From the NCBI GenBank assembly GCA_041165405.1, contig JBEANL010000002.1, positions 25,996-89,995 of the forward strand: a stretch of 64,000 bases of DNA, written 5' to 3'. This stretch comes from Pseudomonadota bacterium. GTDB taxonomy: Bacteria; Pseudomonadota; Gammaproteobacteria; Burkholderiales; Methylophilaceae. The position numbers were made by a program, and so were the translations under genes. The notes below the pieces were generated by a model. The model was given only the letters and a program-made list of their open reading frames with translations. It did no database searches and was not told the DNA's origin. Below, one piece after another: positions 20,381 through 30,955 of this stretch (within the stretch, counting starts at the first letter, position 1; each line of letters opens with the position of its first letter).

Positions 20381-22666
20381 ATGAACATTCCAATCAAAAG
20401 TATTTCCATTCAAGATGGTTTAAAAAAAAGTGCTTTGTCTCTCGAATCCAGTGATTGGAAAGCATTAGATACTATTGATGAATGGTCTCATTTTAGTCAA
20501 AGCACAAATAAAAATGACACACGATGGGAATCGTACATTGTCATCGAAGGCATGCACTGTGCAGCATGTGCTTTTAAAGTAGAAAACGCACTAAAGCCTT
20601 TATCAGGGGTTATTGAAACTACGGTTAATGCAACTTCAGGACATGCCAAAATTATTTGGCAATCTAACCTTATTAAACCATCTCAATGGGCAAGTGGTAT
20701 TTATAAGGCTGGATATAAAGCTTTTCCAGCCAGCGATTTATTGCATCAGGATGAGCGTAAAAAAACACAACGACAAGCTTTATGGCGACTTTTAGTTGCC
20801 GGATTTTGCATGATGCAAGTCATGATGTTCTCAGTGCCCACTTATATGGCTAATCCTGGAGAAATGACAAGCAACATGAAGGGTTTAATGGAGTGGGCAA
20901 GTTGGGTCATTACATTACCTGTGATGTTATTTTCATGTGGGCCTTTTTTTAAAAGCGCACTTTATGATTTAAAAACAAAACAAATCAGCATGGACATGCC
21001 GGTATCGCTAGGTATTTTGATTATGTTTATTGTAAGCACTGCAGCAACTTTTGATCCAAATAGCTTACTTGGTGAAGAAGTTTATTTTGATTCACTCACT
21101 ATGTTTGTATTTTTTCTTTTAACAGGACGATGGATTGAATTAAAAATGCGTGATAAAACAGCAGGCGCCCTTGATGTATTGATGAGGCGAATGCCTCGTA
21201 TAGTCAATCGAGTGAATCCTGATGGCACTATTGAAAAATTACCTGCCAATCTTCTTCAAGTTGGCGATACAGTTGAAGTGAAACCTGGAGAAGCTTTTCC
21301 TGCGGATGGGCAAATTGTAATGGGTTCGACAAATGCTGATGAAGCATTATTAACAGGAGAATCTGCCGCTATTAGAAAATCTATTCACGCAAAAATTATT
21401 GCGGGCAGCTTTAATTTAACCAATCCTGTACATATGCAAGTTGAACTTGTAGGACAAGAAACGCGCTATGCCAAAATTGTGCGTTTGATGGAAAAAGCAT
21501 CTACTGATAAACCACGTTTAGCTTTAATGGCAGATCGTATTGCTAAACATTTTTTATGGATTGTGATTTTATTAGCTTTAAGTGTAGCTATTTATTTTTG
21601 GCAGTTTGATCACACCAAAGCTATTGTTGCAGCCGTCGCTGTATTGATTGTGACGTGCCCATGTGCGCTCTCTCTTGCAACACCTGCAGCGATGTTAAGT
21701 ATATCGGGCTTTTTAGCAAGACAAGGTATCTTAGTGCAAAAAATGCAAGCACTTGAAGCTTTAACGCAAATTAATACAGTAGTATTTGATAAGACAGGTA
21801 CATTAACCAATGATCAAATTTTTATTGAAAAAATATTTACTAATAAAAAAATCACTGAGAAAGAAGCTTTAGTCATTGCGTCTTCATTATCTGCTTCTTC
21901 TCTTCATCCCGTCTCTAGAGCTTTTATAAAAGCTGGTGAGATTGATCTATCCTTGAAAATTAAAAAGATAGAAGAAATCAGTGGCGGCGGATTATTAGCC
22001 AAAACATCTTTGGGAGTTTTTAAATTAGGGTCACTAGCTTTTTGTAGATTAAAAGGCAATGAATTTGATCATTTAGAAGAAGAGCAATTACAAGTACATT
22101 TAATGCATGACGATGATTGGGTGGCAAGTTTCATGATGACAGAGTCGATTAAAGAAGATGCACTTCAATCGATTAAGAAACTTAAACAACATCATTTAAA
22201 TATTCAAATTTTATCAGGGGATAAATTGTCATCTGTTAAAAGAGTGGCGGATCAATTATCTATACAAAACATCAAAGGCCAATGTTCTCCCGAAGATAAA
22301 TTAAGACATATTCAATTACTTCAATCACAACATTCGAAAGTACTTATGGTAGGTGACGGATTAAATGATGGGCCTGTATTAGCTTTTGCCCATGCCTCCA
22401 TTGCACTTGGTCAAGGTGCACCCCTATCTCAAGCACAATCAGATTTTATTATTTTAAAAGGTGAGCTTCGTCTTATTCCTCAATTGATAGAAGAGGCTAA
22501 ACGCACGATGAAAATTATTAAGCAAAATCTAGTTTGGGCAGCTTTATATAACTTGATTTGTATTCCTTTAGCTGTGATGGGATTTTTACCAGCATGGCTA
22601 GCTGGATTAGGTATGGCATTGAGCTCGCTTTTGGTCATTTTGAATGCAGCACGATTAGCCTTTTAA
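20381..22666 (+). CDS. ccoI: Cu-transporting P1B ATPase for cbb3 assembly (CcoI/FixI)
   Basis: GMHCAAC, TGES, CPC, DKTGT, GDGLND; precedes ccoS-ccoN. Confidence 0.92.
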   Translation: MNIPIKSISIQDGLKKSALSLESSDWKALDTIDEWSHFSQSTNKNDTRWESYIVIEGMHCAACAFKVENALKPLSGVIETTVNATSGHAKIIWQSNLIKPSQWASGIYKAGYKAFPASDLLHQDERKKTQRQALWRLLVAGFCMMQVMMFSVPTYMANPGEMTSNMKGLMEWASWVITLPVMLFSCGPFFKSALYDLKTKQISMDMPVSLGILIMFIVSTAATFDPNSLLGEEVYFDSLTMFVFFLLTGRWIELKMRDKTAGALDVLMRRMPRIVNRVNPDGTIEKLPANLLQVGDTVEVKPGEAFPADGQIVMGSTNADEALLTGESAAIRKSIHAKIIAGSFNLTNPVHMQVELVGQETRYAKIVRLMEKASTDKPRLALMADRIAKHFLWIVILLALSVAIYFWQFDHTKAIVAAVAVLIVTCPCALSLATPAAMLSISGFLARQGILVQKMQALEALTQINTVVFDKTGTLTNDQIFIEKIFTNKKITEKEALVIASSLSASSLHPVSRAFIKAGEIDLSLKIKKIEEISGGGLLAKTSLGVFKLGSLAFCRLKGNEFDHLEEEQLQVHLMHDDDWVASFMMTESIKEDALQSIKKLKQHHLNIQILSGDKLSSVKRVADQLSIQNIKGQCSPEDKLRHIQLLQSQHSKVLMVGDGLNDGPVLAFAHASIALGQGAPLSQAQSDFIILKGELRLIPQLIEEAKRTMKIIKQNLVWAALYNLICIPLAVMGFLPAWLAGLGMALSSLLVILNAARLAF

Positions 22667-22695
22667 CCTGAACTAAAAGACTTATACTTAAAATT

Positions 22696-22833
22696 ATGGA
22701 TATTCTTTATTTATTAGTGCCTTTTTCCGTCATCTTAGTGCTTGTTATTCTTGTAGGTCTTTGGTGGGCAGTTCATAGCGGACAGTTTGAAGATACCGAA
22801 AAAGAAGGCGAACGTATTTTGCACGACGATTGA
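22696..22833 (+). CDS. ccoS: cbb3 oxidase maturation protein CcoS/FixS, 45 aa (not in ORF track)
   Basis: Hand translation MDILYLLVPFSVILVLVILVGLWWAVHSGQFEDTEKEGERILHDD; WAVxSGQFED signature. Confidence 0.95.
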   Translation: MDILYLLVPFSVILVLVILVGLWWAVHSGQFEDTEKEGERILHDD

Positions 22834-22843
22834 TCTAAGTCAA
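22830..22843 (+). promoter_or_regulatory. FNR box of ccoN promoter
   Basis: TTGAT-ctaa-GTCAA overlapping ccoS stop; GAAACT at the class II -10 position (22866-22871). Confidence 0.82.
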
Positions 22844-22941
22844 ATCCCCATTCTCCAAAGTTTGAGAAACTCATGTATGAATCAATGTGCTATTAGGCAC
22901 AAAATCAGATTTTTAAGTAAGTATTCGTTTTAGGGGAAGAT

Positions 22942-24375
22942 ATGAACGCGAAAGCAAATTTATCCACGATTTATGATGATGGTGTCATAAGACAATTTTC
23001 AATCATGGCAGTGGTTTGGGGTGTTGTGGGCATGCTGGTGGGTGTAGTGATTGCAGCACAACTTGTATGGCCAGAACTTAACTTAGGGCTTCCTTGGACT
23101 TCATTTGGTCGCCTTCGTCCGCTTCATACCAATGCGGTAATTTTTGCTTTTGGTGGATCGGCTCTTTTTGCTTCTTCTTATTATGTCGTACAAAGAACCT
23201 GTCAAACTCGTTTGTTTGCTGGCAAATTGGCTTCTTTTACTTTCTGGGGCTGGCAAGCCGTCATCTTAGCAGCGGCTATTTCTCTTCCTTTAGGTTATAC
23301 ATCTGGTAAAGAGTATGCAGAACTTGAATGGCCGATTGATATTTTGATCGCTATTGTTTGGGTGTCTTATGCCATCGTATTTTTTGGCACGATTGCAAAA
23401 AGAAAAATTAAACATATTTACGTTGCAAATTGGTTCTATGGCGCATTCATTATCACTGTGGCATTACTTCATATTGTAAATAGTGCCGAGATCCCTGCAG
23501 GCTTTATGAAATCTTATTCAGCTTATGCGGGCGTTCAAGATGCCATGGTGCAATGGTGGTATGGCCATAATGCAGTAGGCTTTTTCTTAACAGCTGGCTT
23601 CTTGGGCATGATGTATTACTTTGTGCCAAAACAAGCCGAGCGTCCTGTGTATTCATATAGTTTATCGATCGTTCACTTTTGGGCACTTATTTTTACTTAT
23701 ATGTGGGCAGGACCTCATCACCTTCATTACACAGCATTACCTGATTGGGTATCTTCATTGGGCATGGTGTTCTCACTTATTTTACTTGCACCAAGCTGGG
23801 GTGGCATGATCAACGGCATCATGACGCTTTCAGGCGCTTGGCATAAATTACGTACCGATCCAATTCTAAGATTCTTAATTGTTTCTTTATCTTTTTACGG
23901 CATGAGTACTTTTGAAGGTCCGATGATGTCAATTAAAACAGTGAATGCCTTATCTCACTATACGGATTGGACTGTAGGCCATGTGCATTCAGGTGCACTT
24001 GGTTGGGTCGGCTTAGTGTCTATGGGCACTCTTTATTTCTTAGTGCCTCGATTATTTGGCCAAAAACAAATGTATAGCATGAAAGCGATTGAGCTTCATT
24101 TCTGGATGGCCACTATAGGGATTGTGCTCTACATCACAGCGCTTTGGATCTCAGGTGTGATGGAGGGTCTCATGTGGAGAGCAATAAATCAAGATGGCAC
24201 TTTAGCTTATACATTTATTGAATCAGTAAAAGCAAAACATCCTTATTACATTATTCGATTATTAGGTGGACTTCTCTACCTCGGCAGTATGTTAGTGATG
24301 TTATGGAATGTCATTAAGACAGCTACTCATGGTAAACCAATAAGTATTTTAATTCCTGCTGTTAAAGCACACTAA
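22942..24375 (+). CDS. ccoN: cbb3-type cytochrome c oxidase subunit I
   Basis: [46 protein letters not shown]. Confidence 0.98.
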   Translation: MNAKANLSTIYDDGVIRQFSIMAVVWGVVGMLVGVVIAAQLVWPELNLGLPWTSFGRLRPLHTNAVIFAFGGSALFASSYYVVQRTCQTRLFAGKLASFTFWGWQAVILAAAISLPLGYTSGKEYAELEWPIDILIAIVWVSYAIVFFGTIAKRKIKHIYVANWFYGAFIITVALLHIVNSAEIPAGFMKSYSAYAGVQDAMVQWWYGHNAVGFFLTAGFLGMMYYFVPKQAERPVYSYSLSIVHFWALIFTYMWAGPHHLHYTALPDWVSSLGMVFSLILLAPSWGGMINGIMTLSGAWHKLRTDPILRFLIVSLSFYGMSTFEGPMMSIKTVNALSHYTDWTVGHVHSGALGWVGLVSMGTLYFLVPRLFGQKQMYSMKAIELHFWMATIGIVLYITALWISGVMEGLMWRAINQDGTLAYTFIESVKAKHPYYIIRLLGGLLYLGSMLVMLWNVIKTATHGKPISILIPAVKAH

Positions 24376-24386
24376 GGGAAAAGAAA

Positions 24387-25028
24387 ATGGCAAAAGAAAA
24401 TAAAAAATTAGATAAAAAAAATTCAGGATTTAGTCACGAGACGATTGAAACAAATAGTTTTCTCATGATTATTTTGATTTTGATTACAGTCGCTTTTGGC
24501 GGCATTGTAGAAATTGTCCCGCTCTTCTATCAAAAGTCAACGACTGAACCCATTAAAGGTATGCAGCCATACACAGCAGTGCAACTCATGGGGCGAGATG
24601 TGTATCTTCGTGAAGGTTGTTATAACTGCCACTCACAAATGATTCGCCCATTTCGTGCTGAAACACTGCGTTACGGACATTATTCAGTCGCAGGTGAATT
24701 TGTCTATGATCATCCATTTCAATGGGGCAGTAAAAGAACAGGTCCCGATTTAGCTCGTGTAGGTGGACGCTACAGCGATGAATGGCATCGACTACATTTA
24801 AATAATCCAGGAGATGTGGTGCCTGAGTCTATTATGCCAGCTTATCCATGGCTTGAAAAAACAGAAGTGGATTCAACAGTTGTACGACAAAGAATGAAAG
24901 CATTAAGAATTGTAGGTGTGCCTTATAGTGATGAAGACATCAAAGGCGCTTCTGATGCAGTGAAAGGTAAAACAGAACTTGATGCATTAATTAGTTATTT
25001 ACAAGTACTTGGTACAAATATTAAATAA
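24387..25028 (+). CDS. ccoO: cbb3 oxidase subunit II
   Basis: [24 protein letters not shown]. Confidence 0.98.
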   Translation: MAKENKKLDKKNSGFSHETIETNSFLMIILILITVAFGGIVEIVPLFYQKSTTEPIKGMQPYTAVQLMGRDVYLREGCYNCHSQMIRPFRAETLRYGHYSVAGEFVYDHPFQWGSKRTGPDLARVGGRYSDEWHRLHLNNPGDVVPESIMPAYPWLEKTEVDSTVVRQRMKALRIVGVPYSDEDIKGASDAVKGKTELDALISYLQVLGTNIK

Positions 25029-25040
25029 ATAAGGACGCTC

Positions 25041-25229
25041 GTGGATATCAATGATTTAAGATCAATTGCAACAGTAGGGAGTTTTGTTGTATTTGTATCT
25101 ATTCTTATTTGGGCTTGGAATAAAAGAAAGAGTCGAGATTTTAAAGAGGCTGCAAATTTGCCATTTGCTGAGGATGCAAAAGTCGCAAGACATAAAAAAA
25201 TAATTGCTAAAAAAGGTAAAAGAAAATGA
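25041..25229 (+). CDS. ccoQ: cbb3 oxidase subunit CcoQ
   Basis: MDINDLRSIAT, single TM, FKEAANLPF; lies between ccoO and ccoP. Confidence 0.92.
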   Translation: MDINDLRSIATVGSFVVFVSILIWAWNKRKSRDFKEAANLPFAEDAKVARHKKIIAKKGKRK

Positions 25230-26128
25230 ATGATTTTATAAATGATTTTTGGCCAATACTTATTAACGTGATATCGCTTGGCGGTATTTTAGGATGTGTA
25301 TTACTTTTATGGAAAACAAGCAAAATTAAAGTAACAAAAAGCAAAGATGGCACGAGTGGCCATGTATGGGATGAAGATCTTAAAGAGATGAATAATCCTT
25401 TACCTTTATGGTGGGTGCGTTTATTTGTAATCACGATTGTATTCGGATTGGTTTATTTATCTTTATATCCAGGACTCGGTCGCTATGACGGTCAGCTTGG
25501 CTGGACTAAAAATAAACAATATGACAAAGAAATAGCCGAAGCTAACAAAGCGCTCGAACCTATTTATGCAAAATATGCTGCAATGTCGATTGAAAATCTA
25601 TCAAAGAATGAAGATGCTAAAGGTATTGGTCAGCGCTTATTTTTAAATAATTGCGCACAATGTCATGGTTCAGATGCGAGAGGTACAAGAGGGTTTCCAA
25701 ACTTAACAGATCACGATTGGCTTTATGGTGGATCACCAGAAAAAATTAAAGAGACTATTGTGAATGGCCGTAACGGTGAAATGCCTCCAATGGCTGCAGC
25801 TATTGGCAATGAGGAAGAGATTAAAAATGTAGCAAATTATGTTTTAAGTTTATCCAATAGCCAGCATGATACAAAACGTGCTGAATTAGGAAAAACAAAA
25901 TTCACAACAATTTGCGCTGCATGTCATGGAGCTGATGGTAAAGGTAATCAACTTGTAGGCGCACCTGATTTAACAGACAATATTTGGTTACATGGTGCTG
26001 GCGAAGCAAATATCATTAAACGTATTCATGAAGGTAAAACAAATCAAATGCCATCATGGCAAGCTAAATTTACACCAGAACAAATTCATGTGCTTGCAAG
26101 TTATGTTTGGAGTATGTCAAATCATTAA
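25226..26128 (+). CDS. ccoP: cbb3 oxidase subunit III
   Basis: GHVWDEDL, NNPLPLWW, two heme motifs CAQCH and CAACH. Confidence 0.97.
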   Translation: MNDFINDFWPILINVISLGGILGCVLLLWKTSKIKVTKSKDGTSGHVWDEDLKEMNNPLPLWWVRLFVITIVFGLVYLSLYPGLGRYDGQLGWTKNKQYDKEIAEANKALEPIYAKYAAMSIENLSKNEDAKGIGQRLFLNNCAQCHGSDARGTRGFPNLTDHDWLYGGSPEKIKETIVNGRNGEMPPMAAAIGNEEEIKNVANYVLSLSNSQHDTKRAELGKTKFTTICAACHGADGKGNQLVGAPDLTDNIWLHGAGEANIIKRIHEGKTNQMPSWQAKFTPEQIHVLASYVWSMSNH

Positions 26129-26146
26129 TTTCTTAGCAGCACTCTA

Positions 26147-27571
26147 ATGAGTACATTTGAATCGAATAGACCTTTTCCAAAAGAAGAGGTCATTTCACTA
26201 TACAAGTCACAAGGAAAAATTCAACCAAGAGGTGTCGAAGGTTATTTCTCAAAACTTCGCTGGCTTATGGTGTGGCTTACACAAATTTATTTTTATGGTA
26301 TGCCTTGGATACAATGGGGCGGTCGCCAAGCACTTCTGTTTGATTTAGACGGCAAGCGTTTTTATATTTATGGATTGGTTTTATATCCGCAAGATCTTAT
26401 TTACCTCACTGCAATTTTGATTATCTCAGCATTATCTTTATTTCTTTTTACAGCTATAGCAGGGAGATTATGGTGCGGGTTTACATGCCCCCAAACCGTT
26501 TATACAGAAATCTTTATGTGGATTGAATCGAAGATCGAAGGCAATCACATGGCAAGAAAGAAATTAGATGATATGCCATGGGCACCTAAAAAATTTGGTA
26601 TTCGTTCGACCAAACATTTTGTATGGTTACTTTTTGCATTCTGGACTGGATTTACTTTTGTAGGTTATTTCACGCCCATCAGAGATCTCTTTATTGAAGT
26701 GAAGTATCTCTCAACAGGACCGTGGGAAACTTTTTGGTTGTGTTTTTATACTTTTGCAACATATGGCAATGCAGGCTTTATGCGTGAACAAGTATGTAAA
26801 TACATGTGCCCATACGCAAGATTTCAAAGTGCAATGTTTGATAAAGATACATTGATTGTTAGTTATGACAAAGAACGCGGCGAGTCTAGAGGAGGTAGAT
26901 CATCACATGCTAATCATCAAGCACTTGGCGATTGTATTGATTGTCATATTTGTATGCAGGTATGTCCAACAGGGATTGATATTCGTGAAGGACTTCAATA
27001 TGAATGTATAAGTTGTGGTGCTTGTGCCGATGCGTGCGATTCAGTCATGGATAAAGTGGGCTATGCACAAGGACTTATAAAGTTTACAACAGAAAATGCC
27101 TTAATTAATCGATGGACTAAACAGGAAATGATTAAGCGTATTTTTAGAGTGCGCATACTTATATATGGCCTCATTTTGACAACTATTATTGGCGGTGTTT
27201 TATGGAGCCTTACGTTTAGAAATTCTTTTAGAATTGATGTAGTGAGAGATCGTGGTGTCATGGCGAGATTGGTAGATGGAGGCATGCTTGAAAATGTATA
27301 TCGATTAAATATTATGAATGCCCTCGAAGAAGGGCAGCATTATAAAATTTATGTAGAAGGTCTAAATAACATCGTTGTTGATTCGGATAATTTAGAGCCA
27401 AACAAAACAATTACCATTAAAGCTACTGAATCACGATGGGTGCCTGTAAGAGTTCAAATTCCAGATGGCGTTGTAAAATCAGGCTCTCATAAAATTATGT
27501 TTAGAATAGAGTCAGAAGAAACGCATGAGATCGTCAAAGAAAAGTCGACATTTATTGTGCCGAGAAATTAA
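26147..27571 (+). CDS. ccoG: cbb3 accessory 4Fe-4S protein CcoG/FixG
   Basis: GRLWCGFTCPQTV, REQVCKYMCPY, CIDCHICMQVCPTGIDIR, CISCGACADAC. Confidence 0.96.
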   Translation: MSTFESNRPFPKEEVISLYKSQGKIQPRGVEGYFSKLRWLMVWLTQIYFYGMPWIQWGGRQALLFDLDGKRFYIYGLVLYPQDLIYLTAILIISALSLFLFTAIAGRLWCGFTCPQTVYTEIFMWIESKIEGNHMARKKLDDMPWAPKKFGIRSTKHFVWLLFAFWTGFTFVGYFTPIRDLFIEVKYLSTGPWETFWLCFYTFATYGNAGFMREQVCKYMCPYARFQSAMFDKDTLIVSYDKERGESRGGRSSHANHQALGDCIDCHICMQVCPTGIDIREGLQYECISCGACADACDSVMDKVGYAQGLIKFTTENALINRWTKQEMIKRIFRVRILIYGLILTTIIGGVLWSLTFRNSFRIDVVRDRGVMARLVDGGMLENVYRLNIMNALEEGQHYKIYVEGLNNIVVDSDNLEPNKTITIKATESRWVPVRVQIPDGVVKSGSHKIMFRIESEETHEIVKEKSTFIVPRN

Positions 27572-27581
27572 GGATAAAAAA

Positions 27582-27836
27582 ATGGATAATCAAAAAAATA
27601 CAATTTGGTGGAAAAATGGATATATGTGGCTTATTTTAGGCGGACCATTGCTAGTTGTGATCGCTTCATTCGTTACTTATTATTTAGCTGTAACGAGACC
27701 CGATACAGTGATTGATAACTACTATCAAAAAGGAATTGAGATCAATAAAACGATGAGTGAAGAAAGAGATCCTATGGCGCCTGCAACCCAAGCTCGCAAT
27801 CATGCGCAAACGGGCATTAAACCGAAATCACATTAA
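27582..27836 (+). CDS. ccoH: Short CcoH/FixH protein
   Basis: WWKNGYMWLILGGPLLVVIAS; start moved to ATG 27582, which follows an AAGGA RBS. Confidence 0.8.
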   Translation: MDNQKNTIWWKNGYMWLILGGPLLVVIASFVTYYLAVTRPDTVIDNYYQKGIEINKTMSEERDPMAPATQARNHAQTGIKPKSH

Positions 27837-28684
27837 TAGCTGACAGTAGTTGTAATATTGAGACTACGTAATTCTTTTGCAATATTTTGAAGAATTTCTT
27901 CATCAATACGACCCAAGTTTTTAGCTTGAGGTTGTAAAGAAGGCCTTGCTAAGCCATAAAGATGAACACCTTGAATAATACTTTTTACTTCATTGATTAA
28001 TTCTACATAGGCATCAATGTCTTTTTTGCTTGGGCCTTTGCCATCAATAGTAAAAATACAAGTTTGTATAAAAGTTGGACAAACGTTTGCACTATTTTTG
28101 AGGCGCTCCAGTATTTGAGAGGGTTTTAGATTCACTTGATTAATTGTCTTAATACTTTCTTCAGTAGCTGCGTCTACTTTAAACCAAACTTCACCATTCA
28201 TTTCTTTTAGCATTCCAACACTTTTAATTACAGAGGTTTGATGCATCAAACTCCCATTGGTAATGAGTCGTATTTTAATTTTATGAAGTAAATTAAATTC
28301 ACTTAGAATCTTTTTAACAATTGAAATAACTTCTGGAAATTCATTCGCACTCGTCGGCTCGCCATTACCTGAAAATGCAATATCTTTTAAATGACGATCT
28401 TCGAGAGATACATTTTTTTCCATGTAATCACCATGAATAATTTCATTAAGAAAAAAACGTAACTCTTGTTCAAGTACATCTAATTCAATAGGCGGTGGTG
28501 TACCACGCGTGAGATTAGGTATCTCACAATATATACATTGCCAATTACAGGCGTTATTCACATTTAAGTTAACGCCAATCGACAAGCCACCTGCGCGCCT
28601 TGAAATGACTGAGTAAATATATTTGAGGCCGCTCAATTCTCGGCTGTGATCATGAATACTAAGATATTGTTTAGATACGCTCAT
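27833..28684 (-). CDS. Radical SAM protein (COG0731/Tyw1-like, uncharacterised in bacteria)
   Basis: SRRAGGLSIGVNL, CNWQCIYC, AFSGNGEPT, LITNGS. Confidence 0.88.
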   Translation of the reverse strand: MSVSKQYLSIHDHSRELSGLKYIYSVISRRAGGLSIGVNLNVNNACNWQCIYCEIPNLTRGTPPPIELDVLEQELRFFLNEIIHGDYMEKNVSLEDRHLKDIAFSGNGEPTSANEFPEVISIVKKILSEFNLLHKIKIRLITNGSLMHQTSVIKSVGMLKEMNGEVWFKVDAATEESIKTINQVNLKPSQILERLKNSANVCPTFIQTCIFTIDGKGPSKKDIDAYVELINEVKSIIQGVHLYGLARPSLQPQAKNLGRIDEEILQNIAKELRSLNITTTVSY

Positions 28685-28696
28685 GTATTGAGCTTT

Positions 28697-29416
28697 TTAA
28701 TTGCAGTTAGGTGATTTAACAAGTTGCTTTAATGCGTCTGGTTTTAAAATTTTAATATGACGTTGCTTAACTTCAATAATGCCTTCTTCACTATATTTTG
28801 AAAAAGTACGACTGACCGTTTCAAGTTTAAGACCTAAATAACTTCCAATTTCTTCACGTGACATTCTTAAAATGAATTCGGATTGTGATTGTCCTCGGGC
28901 AAAAAGTCTTTGAATGAGATTTACTAAAAAGTTAGCGAGCCTTTCTTCTGCTGACATGTTTCCAAGAAGCATCATCATGCCGTTTTCGCGAACAATTTCA
29001 CGACTCATAATTTTATGAACGTGTTTTTGTAGCACTGGAAACTCTCTGGATAAATCTTCAATGTGATCAAAAGGCATCACACAGACTTCAGCATCTTCTA
29101 GAGCAACAGCGTTGCATGTGTGATGATCATTCACAATGCCATCGAGGCCTATAATTTCTCCGGCCATTTGAAAGCCTGTAACTTGTTCGCGCCCATCTTC
29201 TGACGCTACAGAAGTCTTAAAAAAACCTGTACGAATAGCATAAAGAGAAGTAAACGTTTCCCCATTTTCAAAGAGCAAGTCACCTTGTTTAATTTTTTTA
29301 CGCGTTGTGACAACTTCATCAAGTTTATGCATATCATTTTGATCAAAACCAACGGGCATACAGAGCTCGCGAAGATTACAACTTGAACAGGCAACTTTGA
29401 ATGTTTCAGCTTTCAT
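28697..29416 (-). CDS. fnr: Oxygen-sensing regulator FNR
   Basis: CSSC...LC N-terminal cysteines, EVC, SREEIGSYLGLKLETVSR HTH. Confidence 0.95.
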   Translation of the reverse strand: MKAETFKVACSSCNLRELCMPVGFDQNDMHKLDEVVTTRKKIKQGDLLFENGETFTSLYAIRTGFFKTSVASEDGREQVTGFQMAGEIIGLDGIVNDHHTCNAVALEDAEVCVMPFDHIEDLSREFPVLQKHVHKIMSREIVRENGMMMLLGNMSAEERLANFLVNLIQRLFARGQSQSEFILRMSREEIGSYLGLKLETVSRTFSKYSEEGIIEVKQRHIKILKPDALKQLVKSPNCN

Positions 29417-29486
29417 CGAAAAATTACTTATGTTTTAAAGCGTTTAGTGTAGCTTATTCATCAATCTATGAATAGATGAAGTCTTT

Positions 29487-29500
29487 TTGATGTACGTCAA
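29487..29500 (+). promoter_or_regulatory. FNR box between divergent fnr and hemN
   Basis: TTGAT-gtac-GTCAA; tgg-CACAGT at class II -10 position (29523-29528). Confidence 0.82.
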
Positions 29501-29536
29501 AGATAGCAATTTAGGCTTATGGCACAGTAATGTCCT

Positions 29537-30955
29537 ATGGATACTGATGTCAAAAAAAATAGAGATCAAAAATTAGGTTTGACACCTATTACAACTTCAC
29601 TTTTGCAAAAATTTGACGTCAATGGGCCAAGATATACTTCATATCCGACTGCAGATCGCTTTGTAGAAGCTTTTACTGAAAACGCTTATAAAGAAGCGCT
29701 AGAGCAAAGACGATTACATCCAATTAATCAACCTTTGTCGATTTATGTTCATATTCCTTTTTGTGAGTCGCTTTGTTTTTACTGTGCTTGCAATAAAATC
29801 GTCACTAAACATCATGAACGTTCTCGCGAATACTTAGATTATTTGAAAAAAGAAATTGATTTACATCTCGATTATTTAGGTCAAAAACAAGTTGTGAGTC
29901 AGCTTCATCTTGGTGGCGGTTCACCTACATTTTTTTCAGATGAAGAAATCAAAGAACTATTTAATAAACTTAAAGAAGTTTTTGTATTCAGCTCTCAAGG
30001 GGAATATTCGATTGAAGTAGATCCTAGAACGGTCGATAGTAAGCGTTTAAAAAGATTAAAAGAAATTGGTTTTAATCGCTTAAGTTTTGGTGTGCAGGAT
30101 TTTAATCCTGATGTGCAAAAAGCCGTTCATCGAGTACAGCCATTTGATCAAGTAGTTTCTCTCATGAACGACGCTCATGAAGATGGTTATGAATCCATTA
30201 ATATGGATTTAATTTATGGATTGCCACTTCAAACACCTGAAACATTTAATGAAACCTTAGATCAAGTGATTAGCTTAAAACCTGATCGAATTGCTTTATA
30301 TGCTTATGCGCATTTACCTCAGCGCTTTAAGCCTCAGCGACGCATTCATGAAGACGATATTCCCCCTGCAAAAAATAAGATTACTATGTTGTCGTTGGCT
30401 ATCGAAAAATTTCTTGAAAATGGTTATATCTATGTAGGTATGGACCATTTTGCTTTGCCAACAGATAGTTTAGCCATTGCAAAAAGACAAGGAAGATTGC
30501 ATCGAAATTTCCAAGGCTATAGTACACAACCTGATTGCGACATTATTGCATTAGGTGTTTCAGCAATTGGACGTGTTGGAGCTAATTACAATCAAAATGC
30601 AAAAGAACTTGAAGATTATTATGATCATCTTAATCATAGACGCTTTCCAATTATTAAAGGATTAGCACTTTCAAAAGATGATATCGTGCGACGTGCTGTC
30701 ATTATGGAAATAATGTGTCAGGGTCGATTGGATTACCAATCAATTGAATTGGCTTATTTAATTAACTTCAAAGAATATTTTTCATCTGAAATGAATCTTC
30801 TTCGAAATTTTCAAGAAAAAGATTTTATCGACTTAGATGATTCAGGTATTCAAGTGACAGATACAGGCTGGTTTTTTGTACGTGCAATTGCTATGATTTT
30901 TGATCGATACTTACAATTGGATCAAAATCGCACGCGGTTTTCTAAAATTCTTTAA
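29537..30955 (+). CDS. hemN: Oxygen-independent coproporphyrinogen III oxidase (alternative start TTG 29579)
   Basis: GPRYTSYPTA, YVHIPFCESLCFYCAC, GMDHFA, LHRNFQGY. Confidence 0.97.
   Translation: MDTDVKKNRDQKLGLTPITTSLLQKFDVNGPRYTSYPTADRFVEAFTENAYKEALEQRRLHPINQPLSIYVHIPFCESLCFYCACNKIVTKHHERSREYLDYLKKEIDLHLDYLGQKQVVSQLHLGGGSPTFFSDEEIKELFNKLKEVFVFSSQGEYSIEVDPRTVDSKRLKRLKEIGFNRLSFGVQDFNPDVQKAVHRVQPFDQVVSLMNDAHEDGYESINMDLIYGLPLQTPETFNETLDQVISLKPDRIALYAYAHLPQRFKPQRRIHEDDIPPAKNKITMLSLAIEKFLENGYIYVGMDHFALPTDSLAIAKRQGRLHRNFQGYSTQPDCDIIALGVSAIGRVGANYNQNAKELEDYYDHLNHRRFPIIKGLALSKDDIVRRAVIMEIMCQGRLDYQSIELAYLINFKEYFSSEMNLLRNFQEKDFIDLDDSGIQVTDTGWFFVRAIAMIFDRYLQLDQNRTRFSKIL

Noticed and set aside
27525-27581. 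Track start of ccoH at 27525
   Set aside because: Overlaps ccoG by 47 nt; ATG 27582 has the RBS and starts the FixH-like sequence
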